The position numbers were made by a program, and so were the translations under genes. A stretch of DNA of 64,000 nt from Bacteroidia bacterium (lineage in GTDB: Bacteria; Bacteroidota; Bacteroidia; M30B66). Location of the stretch: contig OZ257142.1 in the NCBI GenBank assembly GCA_965279035.1, forward strand, positions 2,016,001 through 2,080,000, written 5' to 3'. Below, piece by piece: positions 25,401 through 30,635 of this stretch (position 1 is its first letter; each line of letters opens with the position of its first letter). The notes under the pieces were generated by a model, which ran no database searches, was not told where the DNA came from, and worked only from the letters and a program-made list of their open reading frames with translations.

Positions 25401-27845
25401 AACGCAACCATGTTCATTTCCAATACGCCAGCAAGTTTCCATTTGAATCAATATCAAGTGGTAGTTTCGGGAACATGTCCATCACCTGTAACTTCAACTG
25501 CCGGAGTGCTCAATGTTGGTCAGGTAACTTTAAATACCAATCCTCCAACAAGCGTCGTTGTTTGCGAAAGTAATAACACAACCATCTCCGTTGGAGCAAC
25601 AGGAAACAGCCTAGTTTACCAATGGCAAATTTCGACCAATGGTGGAGGAACTTGGAATCCTCTAAGTAATACTGGTGTGTATTCGGGAGTTGATACACAA
25701 ACCATGAGTATAACAGGTGCATTAATCGGCATGAATAACTATCAATACCGTGTAGTGATTGGATCTGTGGCTTGTCCTTCTGTTACATCAACAGCTGCTA
25801 TACTAACAGTAAATTCATTGCTTTCGGCTTCAGTGAGTATTAGTGCTTCTCCATCAACCACAATATGTGATGGCACTTCGGTTACATTCACAGCGATTCC
25901 GGTTAATGGTGGACCAAGTCCTTCTTACCAATGGTATAAAAATGCAATTCCTGTAGGAACAAGTAGCTCAACTTATACCAATGCCGCTCTTGTGAATTCG
26001 GATCAGATTTATGTCACTATGACGAGCAATGCGGTTTGTCCTTCGCCAAGCACATCAACTTCCAATACCTTAACCATGACGGTGAATCCGATACTACCAG
26101 TTTCGGTTACGATTTCAACACCAAGTCTCACTGTTTGTGATGGTTCAAGTGTCACCTTTACCGCAACACCAGTCAATGGAGGTGTATCACCAACGTATGC
26201 ATGGTTTGTAAACGGAAGTCCTGTTGGAACAAGTAGTTCTACTTATTCAACTTCTGGTTTAATCAACGGTGATGTGGTGACTCATGTATTAACTTCCAAT
26301 GCCGTTTGTCCGAGTGGTTCACCAGCAAATTCGAACTCACTCACCATGGTGGTTCAATTCCCTGGAACCTGGTTGGGTTATACTTCCGATTGGAATACAA
26401 CATCGAATTGGGGTTGTGGAATTCTTCCGCTTACTACTACCAATGTAACTATCCCAACAACACCAGAAGGTGGAATTCATCCAGTTGTTGTAAGTAATTC
26501 CACTGCAGTTTCAGCAGATTTAACGATACAATCAGGAGCATCTGTTGTTGTAAATACAGGGAAAGATTTGAGTATTTATGGTGATTTAAATCACAGTGGA
26601 AGTGCGAGTATGGGTGCTGGTGAAATACGATTTAGAGGTTCTGCTCAACAAGATATTCTTGGTACTACTGTGCCATTAATTGGAAATTTGAAAGTTGATA
26701 ATTCCTCTGGAGGAACTGCAATCCAATTACAACAGGATATTCAAGTAAGTGGTAACATCGATATGACTGATGGTAGTTTGGATCTCAATGGATACAATAT
26801 CGATTTAGGAACAACTGGACAATTGGTTAATGAAACCAATACTGAACGCATTTTTGGATTAAGTGGTGAAATAACAGCAACTCGAACCTTAGGTACTTCG
26901 ACCGTTTATAATAACATTGCTGGTTTAGGAGTTTCTATTACTACCGATGCAGTTGCTCCAGGAGTTACAGTGATTGATCGTGGCCATGGCTCTCAACAGC
27001 AACTTGGAGTGAATAATTCGATTCAACGTTATTTTGATATTACTCCAACAACAAACGGTGGATTGAATGCTACCTTGAAAATTAATTATTTCGATGTGGA
27101 GCTCACCGATATTGATGGTGTTGATCCGAATGAAGGGGATTTAATTCCTTGGCGTTCGGAAGATGGTGGTTTAACTTGGGAAGGACAACATTATCCACTT
27201 CGTTTGTCCAATAGTGCCGCCGCGAATTTTGTTCAACTTACACAAGTGGACGCATTCTCTCGTTGGACGCTTAGCGATTGGTTAACCGAACCACTCCCGA
27301 TTCAATTGTTAAGCTTTACTGCAGTACCTGTTGGTGAACAAGTAAACTTAACTTGGGTAACTGCTTCCGAAACCAACAACGATTATTTTAACGTTGAACG
27401 AAGTTCAGATGCTGTTCATTTCAATTCTATCTTAAGTCAAGATGGAGCTGGCAACAGTACAAGTATTCACACCTATCAAGATGTAGATGCTTCTCCACTC
27501 ATGGGGACATCGTATTATCGTTTGCTTCAAACCGATTTCAATGGGAACCAACATCGATCACAAATAGTTCCAGTTCAGTTTACTCCAACTATTACCAATA
27601 GTGTTCTTGCTTGGGTAAATTCCGAAACCACTATTGCAGTTCAACTCACTAGTCGCGAACGCGATGTGTATAAAGTTGAACTATTCGACGATCAAGGTAA
27701 ACTCCTACTTGTACAATCCATTTCTGCAAACAAAGGAATAAACTCTTCGATGATTCCTAATGATGGTTTAGCATCAGGTGTTTATTTGCTCCGTTTTATC
27801 AACACAAAAGGCGATGTATATGTCCAAAAATTAATGATTCACTAA
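4458..27845 (+). CDS. Giant (7795 aa) T9SS-secreted repetitive surface protein / putative adhesin
   Basis: Signal peptide (..AGISNA|Q); eight ~600-aa Thr/Gly/Asn-rich beta-solenoid-like modules; parallel beta-helix-like regions; Ig-like repeats (YQWxxSTDGG); PLPIQLLSFTA..W.TASETNNDYF.VERS domain; type A CTD (LASGVYLLRF..KLMIH). Confidence 0.9.
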   Translation: MLNRLRTLVFFFSIFLFAGISNAQTTYSWTGAIDNQWTTAGNWSPSRSSILPSDIIQFNGGGSVTVTNIPSQTIRKLLVNSSSTVSLQAATGTSTLTINGPASGNNVQVASGSSLQIGTGTNTLILTYGTTANQQLDVSGTLILGNGGTLSSTIASSVWNVSGTLQVNTGGIFNANNTLSSVNGTLVNSGGTFTVTSTNTTLASGGTFDHAINGGTVPILNWNSNSTLLISGTTTTAPAGLASQTFGHLNWNASSQTASLSMGMNGGIFNGNVTITTTGSGNIAFHSGTGSILFLNGDLIVNGGVLNLNNAGATITTLNLAGNLIQTGGTFQRGASSGIQVINFTNSSLNKNINLSAGTYVSNGIAYTVNLNAIVTLQSDLVVNQSFTNNGTLNTGTSLMTGSGTFTLANASTATLSVGDPAGLTLTGNTTAGNIRVSGTKTYNTSANIIYNGTSAQVTGTGLASTYGTANTQITINNAAGVTLSQALSFNNNANSGITLSSGILYLDAFTLTLPTSTNILGTFSASAMIVTNGVGQLVRGFPASPAAFTFPVGDASGTVEYSPITFNFSSNNTGSNIGIRVTDAAQPNGISADYLTRYWSVSSSSIPTVYTLLTTAQFVAADVVGTIGNLRFNQFVPATQVWSEYSTTLSSPLISSNQTQANTSISSAYDITGRDDSPLYYRTVGTGNWNDASIWEVSTDPTFTSPVGVPAAAFPTNLNSLGIQVQTGHTATITANLSIDDAIIDGTVNLLSGITLTIANGTAANDLTINGTLSNDGIFTITAPAIVQVNGSFSNTTNSGAYTSTAATLFFNAGSFFNHQRNAGTIPTAAWNATSTLNITGITTTLPAALTQTFGHVTWNCSSQSATVSLTQTLTTVNGNLSILGTNSQTLALGSTGALTINVLGDLIVSGSSILNLNSGAFTTTLNLSGNYNQTAGTVTSSATNQAINFAGTNPSRSFTQSGGTLTGTSFTYTVNLAAFLTLNNNIAVATGKTFTVNGTLYCGSSLITGAGTFTLTSATTATLGINDANGIVLLAGGAFGNIQTTTARNYGALANYQYGSISTITGTGLTAASSVSFTNSSLSLSATVTLNGAANALSLSNSLVRLGNFDIVMNSTLSTIGGAANSVSNMIVTNGTGSLKRFFPTGVSTFTFPIGDETGTSEYTPVTYAFTALGTSTSFGVRTVDAVHPSDIPLGVDYLTRYWPSTCNAVPGSYTLTASYTYVPVDVVGTEGNLKVNQFYSTTGIFTEFASTVSSPVVSANVTNASVFFQTVFDATGRNNQPLYYRSTGNGNWNTLSTWEVSTDPTFVSPAPSAALFIPNQNNSAGILVRSGHTVTVNAVQTADDLTVDGQLTVNSTITLTINNGTAANDMVVSVGGVLQMDGIFTITAPAVVQVNGSLNSSNTTGAFTSTAATLFFNAGSFYNHNRTAGVVPTAAWNTTSTCNITGVTTTVPTGLSQTFGNFTWNCAGQTATISLVQTLTTVNGNLSITNSNNQILALASTGALTINVLGDLNVSGSSILNLNSGAFTTTFNLSGNYNQTAGTVTSSATNQAFNFAGTIPTRTYTQSGGTLTNTSFTYTINAGAFVTLNNGIVVATGKVFTVNGALFCGTNLLTGAGTFTLTSVSTATIGSGDIDGLVLVAGGSIGNIRTTIRNYGAAANYIYNGSSAQTTGTGFTSGTNLTINNASGVTLTSSATVSGILTLQSGVFSLGAGANNLSITNTTNAAIAGSYSASSMLVTPGTGSIVKSFAIGANPTLTFPIGDNTGTVEYTPLYFGLLSNSAAGTLSVRLVNAVHPNNGAAADYLSRYYVFGTTLTTYTYTLAHDFANPADITGSTANMQLSRWNGATWTPYTSTISGSSATITATLNNTTAPLAATSQFAARTSTVTYYRSIASGNWTTATNWETANDAAFTVGLVSPAAAAPTNANSVRVTIQAAHTITATSAVTAVDLVVDGTFQMGAGGTIAASGITFNATGVYDHNRDGSVIPTATWNAASLCQITGVTATAPTGVSGQTFGKFTWNSTGQTAATLGLAIAATTTFNGDFTVTSTGATSTNIISLSAASVTVNMNGKLIVNGGTFILNTVSITTLNVLGDLNVNGGTFNLTNSTGAQVVNFSGNYAQTAGSFTNSGTGISTVNFLGLNKTYVQSAGSVTTTNINYVVGAVASLTMNNTLTIAASRSLTITLGGSLTLGSDQVNNGTLTNNGTLICSTYLVTGTGAFTLAAASTATLSVGDPGGLTPTGNTTSGNIRVSGTKTYNTSANIIYAGTSAQVTGTGLAPTIGVAGTYVTINNPAGVTLSQSLTFNNTATCGIVLQNGLFSLGNFSLTLPTLTVINGTPSVTNMIVTNGTGQLLRGIPASAVNVLFPVGEVTGTTEYSPVNFNFTSNNTATTIGIRVVDARDPNDALSTDYLTRYWVLTNTSVPSLYTLTTSFTYLPADVVNTESNLRVNQYNTTTSIWIEYSSTVASPVLNTTVTNASNFLPASGVTVDFTGRVNAPLYYQSTGSTAWSTLSTWEVSTDPTFVSPAPVPAVMIPSDVNSAGITIKAGHTVSVTAAQTADDITVNGTLSVNGVTFTIANGAAANDMVVNGTLINNGTSSVITPTGILLIAATGSYQHAMNAGTVPAASWASGSNCFITGVTLNQPGGLAQTFHHFTWNCTGQSTTVNMTLISSVNWGGNFTILSTGATPQQLRLTNSAITLGIGGNLDIQGGIFVTQNAALTSILNITGNMLVSGTANFSGITTSGGLTTINLGGNLDVANTATFTNLTSNTTTAVTFNFTGVGKYMTVASGMPTQGFSFSMATVGASLTVNSPVVVGSSRTFNITAGSVILGTNRITGNGSFSIAGTNSYLSQSDPDGLVVAIASPLGAIRTLTARTYSANANYIYTGITQNLGTPIAAPPFVCNSLGIDAPGGVVTLTQNVNATTNLQLSNGILDLANFNLGLLNTSNTLAVTGNTPSASNMVVTSGTGRLIKTYAAGAQVSFVYPLGDNVGTAEYSPASITFSALGAGTLGLQVKNAAHPNLGAPSDYLNRYWSFGSTTITAYTYTAAFTYAAADVVGLPGSMNAARWDGSLWNPMTATTGGNVLTITSTPLNNTTSPLAATSDFTGRVTPYVYYFRSIQSGNWNDVNTWEVAYDAAFTTPIWPAPFAPDDANSASVLVRSGHVVTVTANTSVDQFSMDNTVTTTLTINSGVTFTLKDGAGNDFTGAGASARININGTYVNQGVQTGTMPTVVVGATGVYNHNQNGGTVYTATWSASSECLITGTTSTTPAGISGQTFGKFTWNTPSMTMATTTAILASATTFNGDFTLISTGTPSTNALLLSTTSIILTYNGDFLIQGGTLNITNAAVGLTLNLSGNYNQLGGVLTQTGATASTINFNGIGKSYTRSAGTVTNTNLNYGVNSATANFSLNSNIDVASTRTFIVTTGTLNLGTSLITGAGSFTLTSATTAGLGIGDPDGIVLVAGGSIGNVRTAARSYGALANYSYAATALNTGSGLTAANSLNFTGATINLSVPVAVSGTSNALGMNASLLSLGNNNLSFSNAAATFNGTFSSSNMVLTNGTGQFIRTIPASGFVNPYVFPIGGSTGYSPASLTFTAAAGGTIGAKVTEGTHPNMLTPVVSDYINRYWNFTTTGMGTYTYSGLMQYQDADIVGSEALLLNSVWDGSSWNGIPSIVDTPDNTLYFPGIGTLTNVSAPLTAAYTYSARNTPVQYYYRTIASGNWNDPAIWEISTDAAFLNPLPVGAAVSPDALNSLGILVRLGHVVNVTANVTVDQLSMDNIANSTIIVNSAVNFTLNDGPGNDVTFTGSNARIIINGNFINKGVQTGTQATVTVNANGVYEHNQNGGTVYTATWNASSECLISGVTLTAPTGISGQTFGKFTWNNPSQTVALPTAILSGATTFTGDFTVISTGTPATNALVLSSGAITVAMNADLLIQGGTLNLINAAAAVTLNLAGNYNQTGGTFTQTGATASTVNFNGIGKSYTQSGGTVTGTNINYAVNSATANFSLNNSIDISTGRTFNVNTGTLNMGTSLITGAGSFTLVSVATATLGIGDNDGIVTVAGGSIGNVRTATRNYGALANYIYVSTANNTGNGFVAATSVFFNNSSLNLSSSAVISGTTGALQMTSSLVSLGNNNLTLNNTAATITGAANDNTNMIITNGTGQFIRSIPAASWTNPYVWPIGTTSLYNPVKMSFTAAAAGTIGVKVVDAVHPSMGVAADKLNVYWDFTTTGLATYTLSSFELNYNDAQVSGSEVGLSGSLYSGGSWNGYPSTVDAVNNKITFPSSGSLTNATAPLNGFSYTGRTAYIAYYRTVASGNWNNPAIWEVATDAAFTAPVPAVTFPTDDNNLGITIRNGHVVQVTANVQADQITIDNTANSTLNINVGVVFTLVDGLGTDLTLNANSRLLVNGEFVNTALVSGASTTTMNVLATGTYNHAHNAGVVLTPTWTAGSTCLISGTINTAPTGLNQSFRNFTWNTPGLTVSNLSLAAGLVTVFENLTVISTGSGSVSLATSSYTIGISGDLILNGGTFNLNSGLAFITTLNIGGNYNQSGGTLTCTATSPSVINFVGTNKTYTQTGGTVNNAMINYAVNLAAAVITLNNGITLSSGRSFSVATGTLNMGTQVIDGAGSFSVTSVATATLISGSTQGLNAAAASGNVQTTGGRTFGVLANYTFAGSSPQNTGNGVTAATTLTINNASGVTATGPISTANLTLSAGVYTTTTANLLTITGITAIGGTPSSTACVSGPVDRVIPANRSTALTLLYPLGKGGSYNPFELVNPTTGAGGSVTVRAEVFNANAGGFAGAGFASMNTNRYWSSSITAGAANLLTSGAVKLTETTPALVSGTHGVGQCSSVGGTYAYKGGSVSAPTIQTTSTLNSGYGFFVIGTVGPITCPSPTLVVGPGGDFNSLTDASAVLNALPINCNLILELNATYNSSVETFPVTFNNFTYGVGGPFTVTVRPATGASPIITTAAATGLIVLNGADNLIFDGRPAGVGAPLSFSLTNTNVSGNTITLQNDAQNNSIRYMDISGSNTSGTSGIITISTAGAGSGNDNNLFEYNTIHGNGARPVNLIYASGTSSKDNDNNTISNNNFHTWGAAAATDACAIELSSYNNAYTISGNSFYQPSTQTTATSHFAIQVNATTAAASNYTISNNYIGGNAASASGTWTATTAGIDYRFCGISVITAPSGSNTISGNTVKNITVATGTSFQTQSSAFTGIYTGNGTHTISGNTIGSLSASANIAFTTSNPQLNVHGIFSETTIGNTITSNSIGGISVVNSASSANISSLFAIRLEASSISGTISITGNTIGNPSVANSLLNNTGNTYTASGSLQNFTTGIYCSSDITATISTNNISSINYAANGTSTGTGILNTSGIYRVIGGNNLIENNTIQLISSSSPSLLTGIRIPLAGIVLNASTAQGQSVRGNTIHTLSNLHGSAAVNVAGIVMNTPATPTVTATVYTNNFSNPTDWTLNTPTGSEGGTPNPWSIGNGISYPGGSCGAASTNSMYIRCAGFICDLLGGGGPVYQTGGGVYVTDRMASSAANISTIGYTSLNLNFAWQCVGATTAYGSVRYSIDGGSSWVDLPTQYRNQSSWQCASVSLPAECENISTLRIAFRWRNGLSNSDVDPPFTIANMSIDGQALAAVENAADKNFIHSITASTTSASASITGIVQAGGILKYRNNMIRLGIDATGSSINTGLVFQGFLESSGGSEYFHNSIYVGGSSTTGAGNSYCINSVPVTGTRDIRNNILWNARSNAGGTGKHYALKVGTLTNLTSDYNDLQATGSGAILMANGATDYAFLPLWHMATLMDLHSVTGDPIFVNATGNATSVNLHITPAANTPIESAGEAIGTVTSDFDNDTRASNTPTDIGADAGLFTQIDVTDPAITYTPVLNQPVCSGAITTTVEVNIIDNQTGLSTSSNLPRIYFRRKTGAPTTAWSTTNSVAGTFLSGTAQNSNWQFVVDYSTFGITIAANDQIEYYFVAQDQAGSPNVGTSQTNGVTPVHPSTATLTTPIGYALPANGFFTFNGTPLSGTVTVGTAGTYATFNGPAGLFTAINTNGINGDLTVRVISDISETAYTPLGKQSEFCGSGYHIRITPNNNTVRTITGTNGQTMIDISGAFSLTIDGRDPTNIAGGARNLIFRNSSLFPAIRFNNGASDDTLMYCQVQSKVQSSTQGGGVVTIGGPLIVGTNNLDNIVLFENKISYPTNIGAPALSDIPQLGIQFQGSTSSMVTNLVIKRNSIFNFQTSAIATMNPSTGIGNSYIGNGAVIDSNRIYQTFTIPTYQYPIDLDVNGLSYGHQITNNLIGGNAEPSPNITGTLTNSKSDGEIVAIYVNTGNAPDSVSSTSIQGNKIKNILLSGTGWDNFVGIRVENGRVRIGDQTRNIIGDSLIANNVECRGGGSLLSATANSAIMGIWTQSTEEVVIANNLVANLTASAPVNGYCFVDAIAHGSNLYYNDILYNTAGGKVTMRNNRVDFVLSASRLQNSAISSEGMMGYFVYTNSMSNVIEKNVIINSGVNNIVNRNVRVYGMHFGVYGSLVNQGGRVNNNMVASLANTASGDNTGTIMPELHAMIVAYGTWDVYNNQIFLRNGTTGTPITNTNTFMSGIQDGLRNLAGQGANYYNNTIYISGTNAGAAPNNASYAFLRFPNLTGTVAGAPIVLKNNLFINDRGGPGNHRAFGNVNTTAPATGWNSTASDYNLLFNATAGVTTRWGTTDYNLAGFQTISGGDANSTWIQTAGTTTPTTLYPYDLLTLPLYGDLHILLTNPTAYGFVNAKGNNIALVTTDIDGDARNVTTPDPGADEFTVCLDPFVTTQPSNQTVCPASAASFTAVVGGLAPLTYQWEESTDGGTTWNPLSNAGVYSGTDALTLNISSSTGLGGNKYHLIITNVCSSTTSNAATLNLLTPPSITTYSPPSFINNICALSNTGFGVTAAGDGLTYQWNVSTDNGGTWNPVVNNATYSGATNATMFISNTPASFHLNQYQVVVSGTCPSPVTSTAGVLNVGQVTLNTNPPTSVVVCESNNTTISVGATGNSLVYQWQISTNGGGTWNPLSNTGVYSGVDTQTMSITGALIGMNNYQYRVVIGSVACPSVTSTAAILTVNSLLSASVSISASPSTTICDGTSVTFTAIPVNGGPSPSYQWYKNAIPVGTSSSTYTNAALVNSDQIYVTMTSNAVCPSPSTSTSNTLTMTVNPILPVSVTISTPSLTVCDGSSVTFTATPVNGGVSPTYAWFVNGSPVGTSSSTYSTSGLINGDVVTHVLTSNAVCPSGSPANSNSLTMVVQFPGTWLGYTSDWNTTSNWGCGILPLTTTNVTIPTTPEGGIHPVVVSNSTAVSADLTIQSGASVVVNTGKDLSIYGDLNHSGSASMGAGEIRFRGSAQQDILGTTVPLIGNLKVDNSSGGTAIQLQQDIQVSGNIDMTDGSLDLNGYNIDLGTTGQLVNETNTERIFGLSGEITATRTLGTSTVYNNIAGLGVSITTDAVAPGVTVIDRGHGSQQQLGVNNSIQRYFDITPTTNGGLNATLKINYFDVELTDIDGVDPNEGDLIPWRSEDGGLTWEGQHYPLRLSNSAAANFVQLTQVDAFSRWTLSDWLTEPLPIQLLSFTAVPVGEQVNLTWVTASETNNDYFNVERSSDAVHFNSILSQDGAGNSTSIHTYQDVDASPLMGTSYYRLLQTDFNGNQHRSQIVPVQFTPTITNSVLAWVNSETTIAVQLTSRERDVYKVELFDDQGKLLLVQSISANKGINSSMIPNDGLASGVYLLRFINTKGDVYVQKLMIH
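6498..19150 (+). repeat. Intragenic tandem ~1.8-kb module repeats of the giant protein
   Basis: Module head YYRx..GNW....WE..D..F at nt 6498, 8313, 10131, 11964, 13818, 15615, 17409 (spacing 1794-1854 nt, all in frame), plus a related first module at about 4530-6497. Confidence 0.85.
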
Positions 27846-27867
27846 CCTAACCAACCTTCAATAAATT

Positions 27868-27903
27868 AACCCCTCGTTCTTATTTAGTTCGAGGGGTTTT
27901 TTT
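27868..27903 (+). terminator. Rho-independent terminator of the giant gene
   Basis: AACCCCTCG-13 nt loop-CGAGGGGTT followed by a T run, 23 nt after the stop codon. Confidence 0.85.
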
Positions 27904-27935
27904 GTTTTATTCTGGGATTTTATAATTATCCCCGG

Positions 27936-28236
27936 TTAACTAATATGCACGCTTCGACAAGCTCAGCGCGCGGGTTTAATCGCTCCCTGAGCCTGTCGAA
28001 GGGAGCACATTCTCTATCCGATAGCTATCGGATCAGCACATCATCACATTAACTAATATGCACGCTTCGACAAGCTCAGCGCGCGGGTTTAATCGCTCCC
28101 TGAGCCTGTCAAAGGAAGCACATTCTCTATCCGATAGCTATCGGATCAGCACAACATCACATTAACTAATATGCACGCTTCGACAAGCTCTGCACGCGGG
28201 TTTAATCGCTCTCTGAGCCTGTCGAAGGGAGCACAT
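27936..28236. repeat. Tandem 113-bp composite REP-like (BIME-like) array, ~2.7 copies
   Basis: Units start at 27936, 28049, 28162. Each has the inverted pair CTTCGACAAGCTCAG / CTGAGCCTGTCGAAG (minor variants); full units also carry the perfect 18-bp palindrome ATCCGATAGCTATCGGAT (28016-28033, 28129-28146). Confidence 0.9.
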
Positions 28237-28292
28237 CAATAATCAACACACCAGCACATTATTTCCCTACTTTCGTCTCAAACGGTCAAATT

Positions 28293-29288
28293 ATGAATAG
28301 TCGTATTGCTGGTGTTGGTCATTATGTTCCTAATCAAATTGTCACTAATGATGATCTTGCTCAGGTCATGCCTACTTCGAATGAATGGATTATCGAGCGA
28401 ACAGGAATTCACGAAAGGAGATATTTCGAAGAAGGAAAAGATACTGTTGCATCCATGGCGGCTATAGCTTCACATATGGCACTTGAACGAGCTGGAATTT
28501 CAGTTCAGGAAGTTGAATTGATCGTTTTTGCTACAATCACACCGGAGTATTTCTTTCCTGGATCAGGAGTGCTTTTGCAACGCGAATTAGGATTGCCTGG
28601 AATTCCAGCCATGGATATTAAAATGCAATGTTCAGGTTTCATATACGCGCTCAGTGTTGCTGATCAATTTATAAAATCGGGCATGTACAAAACAGCTCTA
28701 GTCGTTGGTGCCGAAATTCAATCGAATGCCATTGTTCATTCCGAAGCAGGGCGCAACATGGCTGTTATTTTTGCCGATGGGGCAGGAGCGGTTGTTTTGA
28801 AAGCAGATGAATCATCTCAGCATAGCATTCTATCTACGCATCTTCATTCCGACGGAACCTTTGCCGAAGAATTATACATGCGCAATCCCGGAAGTTTGAA
28901 AAAGGAGCGTCTTACTCACCTCATGCTAGATAATGGAGAAATGCTTCCTCACATGAATGGCCCTGTTGTATTCAAACATGCAGTCATCCGATTTATGGAA
29001 GTGATTGAAGAAGCACTTGCATCAAATAATAAAACCAAAGAGGATATTGATTTACTCATTCCACATCAGGCTAATCAACGTATTTCGGAATATATCCGAG
29101 AAAAGCTGCAATTACCGATAGATAAAGTGTACAATAACATTCAACGTTATGGCAATACCACTGCGGCTTCCATACCAATTGCATTAAGTGAAGCTTGGCA
29201 GGAGGGAAAAGTAAATTCGGGTGATATCATTTGTTTGGCAGCTTTTGGAAGTGGATTTACTTGGGCATCAGCACTCATTCGTTGGTAA
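28293..29288 (+). CDS. fabH: Beta-ketoacyl-ACP synthase III family protein
   Basis: WIIERTGIHERR, catalytic Cys (MQCSGF), His (PHQAN), Asn (YGNTTAAS), AAFGSGFTW. Confidence 0.93.
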   Translation: MNSRIAGVGHYVPNQIVTNDDLAQVMPTSNEWIIERTGIHERRYFEEGKDTVASMAAIASHMALERAGISVQEVELIVFATITPEYFFPGSGVLLQRELGLPGIPAMDIKMQCSGFIYALSVADQFIKSGMYKTALVVGAEIQSNAIVHSEAGRNMAVIFADGAGAVVLKADESSQHSILSTHLHSDGTFAEELYMRNPGSLKKERLTHLMLDNGEMLPHMNGPVVFKHAVIRFMEVIEEALASNNKTKEDIDLLIPHQANQRISEYIREKLQLPIDKVYNNIQRYGNTTAASIPIALSEAWQEGKVNSGDIICLAAFGSGFTWASALIRW

Positions 29289-29381
29289 AACACCAATCAA
29301 TATATACAATGAGCTACGCTTAATTCCTAACTTCGCAAAATTCCTTGAGGCATTATTTCATGTTGAAGGGAAATTTTCAAA

Positions 29382-29987
29382 ATGAATTACTTAGCTCATC
29401 TTTACCTTGCTGGTGATAACCCAGATTTAATTGTGGGCAACTTTATCGCCGACTCAGTTAAGGGCAAACAAATAGAGCTATACAGCGAAGGTGTTAAACA
29501 AGGAATTAAGCTGCATCGGCAAATAGATTTATTCACCGATACGCATCCAATCATCGAACGTGGAAAGGAAGCGCTGCGTCCCAAATACCGAAAGTTTGCT
29601 GGCATAGTGATGGATGTTTTTGGAGATCATTTTCTTTCGAGCAATTGGTCTGATTACTCCAAAATCAACCTAAGAGATTTCTCAGAACAAACGTATACGT
29701 TACTTCACGAACGAAAAGATCAATTCCCCGAAAAAGCACGCTATACCTTGCATTACATGAGTATGCAAGATTGGCTTCAAGGATATCAATACATCGAAGG
29801 TGTTAAACGGGCATTGTCAGGCTTGGCTCGAAGAAGTTCATTTCCTTCAGGTATGGAAAATGCCCATAAAGAATTGGAACGTCATTACCTTTTTTATCAA
29901 TCTATTTTCCACGAATTCTTGCCCGATTTAGTCCGTTTTGTAGATAAAGATCGAGATATTAATTTACGCGATTTGCTTTTAGGCTAA
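29382..29987 (+). CDS. acpH: Acyl carrier protein phosphodiesterase
   Basis: MNYLAHLYLA..GNFIADSVKG..GIKLHRQIDLFTDTH..D.F.DHFL signature. Confidence 0.9.
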   Translation: MNYLAHLYLAGDNPDLIVGNFIADSVKGKQIELYSEGVKQGIKLHRQIDLFTDTHPIIERGKEALRPKYRKFAGIVMDVFGDHFLSSNWSDYSKINLRDFSEQTYTLLHERKDQFPEKARYTLHYMSMQDWLQGYQYIEGVKRALSGLARRSSFPSGMENAHKELERHYLFYQSIFHEFLPDLVRFVDKDRDINLRDLLLG

Positions 29988-30339
29988 ACATACGTTTTTG
30001 AATATAATAAAATAGAATTGTTCCAGCTAAATAGGCGATAACGTCCATGAAATCGGCTGTTGCGCTATCTTTTATTAGAGGGAATAATAACTCGAAATAA
30101 AAACTAATATTCAACCATCCAAAAATCAATTGTGCATGGTTTAATGGTTGAGGTTCTCGTTTAGTTAGCAAGGATAAACAAACTACACATAATTGAAAAA
30201 GTATGGGTGTGCTGAGAATATCGTTGAGGTAATTATCTACAAAATAGATGTTCGTTGGTCGCAAATAATAGCGAATACTTATTCCAAGAAAGATAAAAAA
30301 TACAAACCAAGGTTTTAATAAAAACAGGAGATTTTTCAT
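29959..30339 (-). CDS. Small integral membrane protein (about 4 TM)
   Basis: Hydrophobic helices with YLNDILSTP and TADFMDVIAYLAG motifs. ATG 30339 overlaps the upstream TGA (ATGA coupling). Confidence 0.75.
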   Translation of the reverse strand: MKNLLFLLKPWFVFFIFLGISIRYYLRPTNIYFVDNYLNDILSTPILFQLCVVCLSLLTKREPQPLNHAQLIFGWLNISFYFELLFPLIKDSATADFMDVIAYLAGTILFYYIQKRMFSLKANRVN

Positions 30340-30623
30340 CCAGGACTTAGAAAAAACAGCCATATTAAAAAACTCGCAATGGCAATAAAAACAAGCTGTA
30401 CAGCATTAAATGCATGCTTGAAGAATCGAATAAATAAAGAATCATTCTCGTGAATTGGAACCTTAATTTCCCAGGAATGTTTCCGCATTTCTATGTTTTC
30501 TTTTTCCTTTTCCGAAATCGGTTTTAAAGGCTTGTTGCAAGAAACACAAAGATCAGTTACATCTTTCAATTCATTCCATTCGCCACAATAGATACAGCGT
30601 ACATGTGAAACAGAATTATCCAT
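30336..30623 (-). CDS. Small zinc-ribbon-like protein with C-terminal membrane anchor
   Basis: CIYC...CVSC (two CxxC) and a hydrophobic C-terminal helix; TAAGTTTG box 4 nt before ATG. Confidence 0.75.
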   Translation of the reverse strand: MDNSVSHVRCIYCGEWNELKDVTDLCVSCNKPLKPISEKEKENIEMRKHSWEIKVPIHENDSLFIRFFKHAFNAVQLVFIAIASFLIWLFFLSPG

Positions 30624-30627
30624 AGCG

Positions 30628-30635
30628 CAAACTTA
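30628..30635 (-). promoter_or_regulatory. -7 promoter box TAAGTTTG (probable leaderless transcript)
   Basis: Exact TAnnTTTG on the minus strand 4 nt upstream of ATG 30623. Confidence 0.6.

Noticed and set aside
4856-26497. Many 60-116 aa antisense or alternative-frame ORFs inside the giant gene
   Set aside because: Shadow ORFs from biased Thr/Gly/Asn/Ser codon usage, with no recognisable motifs.
27936-28236. CRISPR array
   Set aside because: Units are near-identical over their whole length, with no unique spacers and no cas genes in the window.
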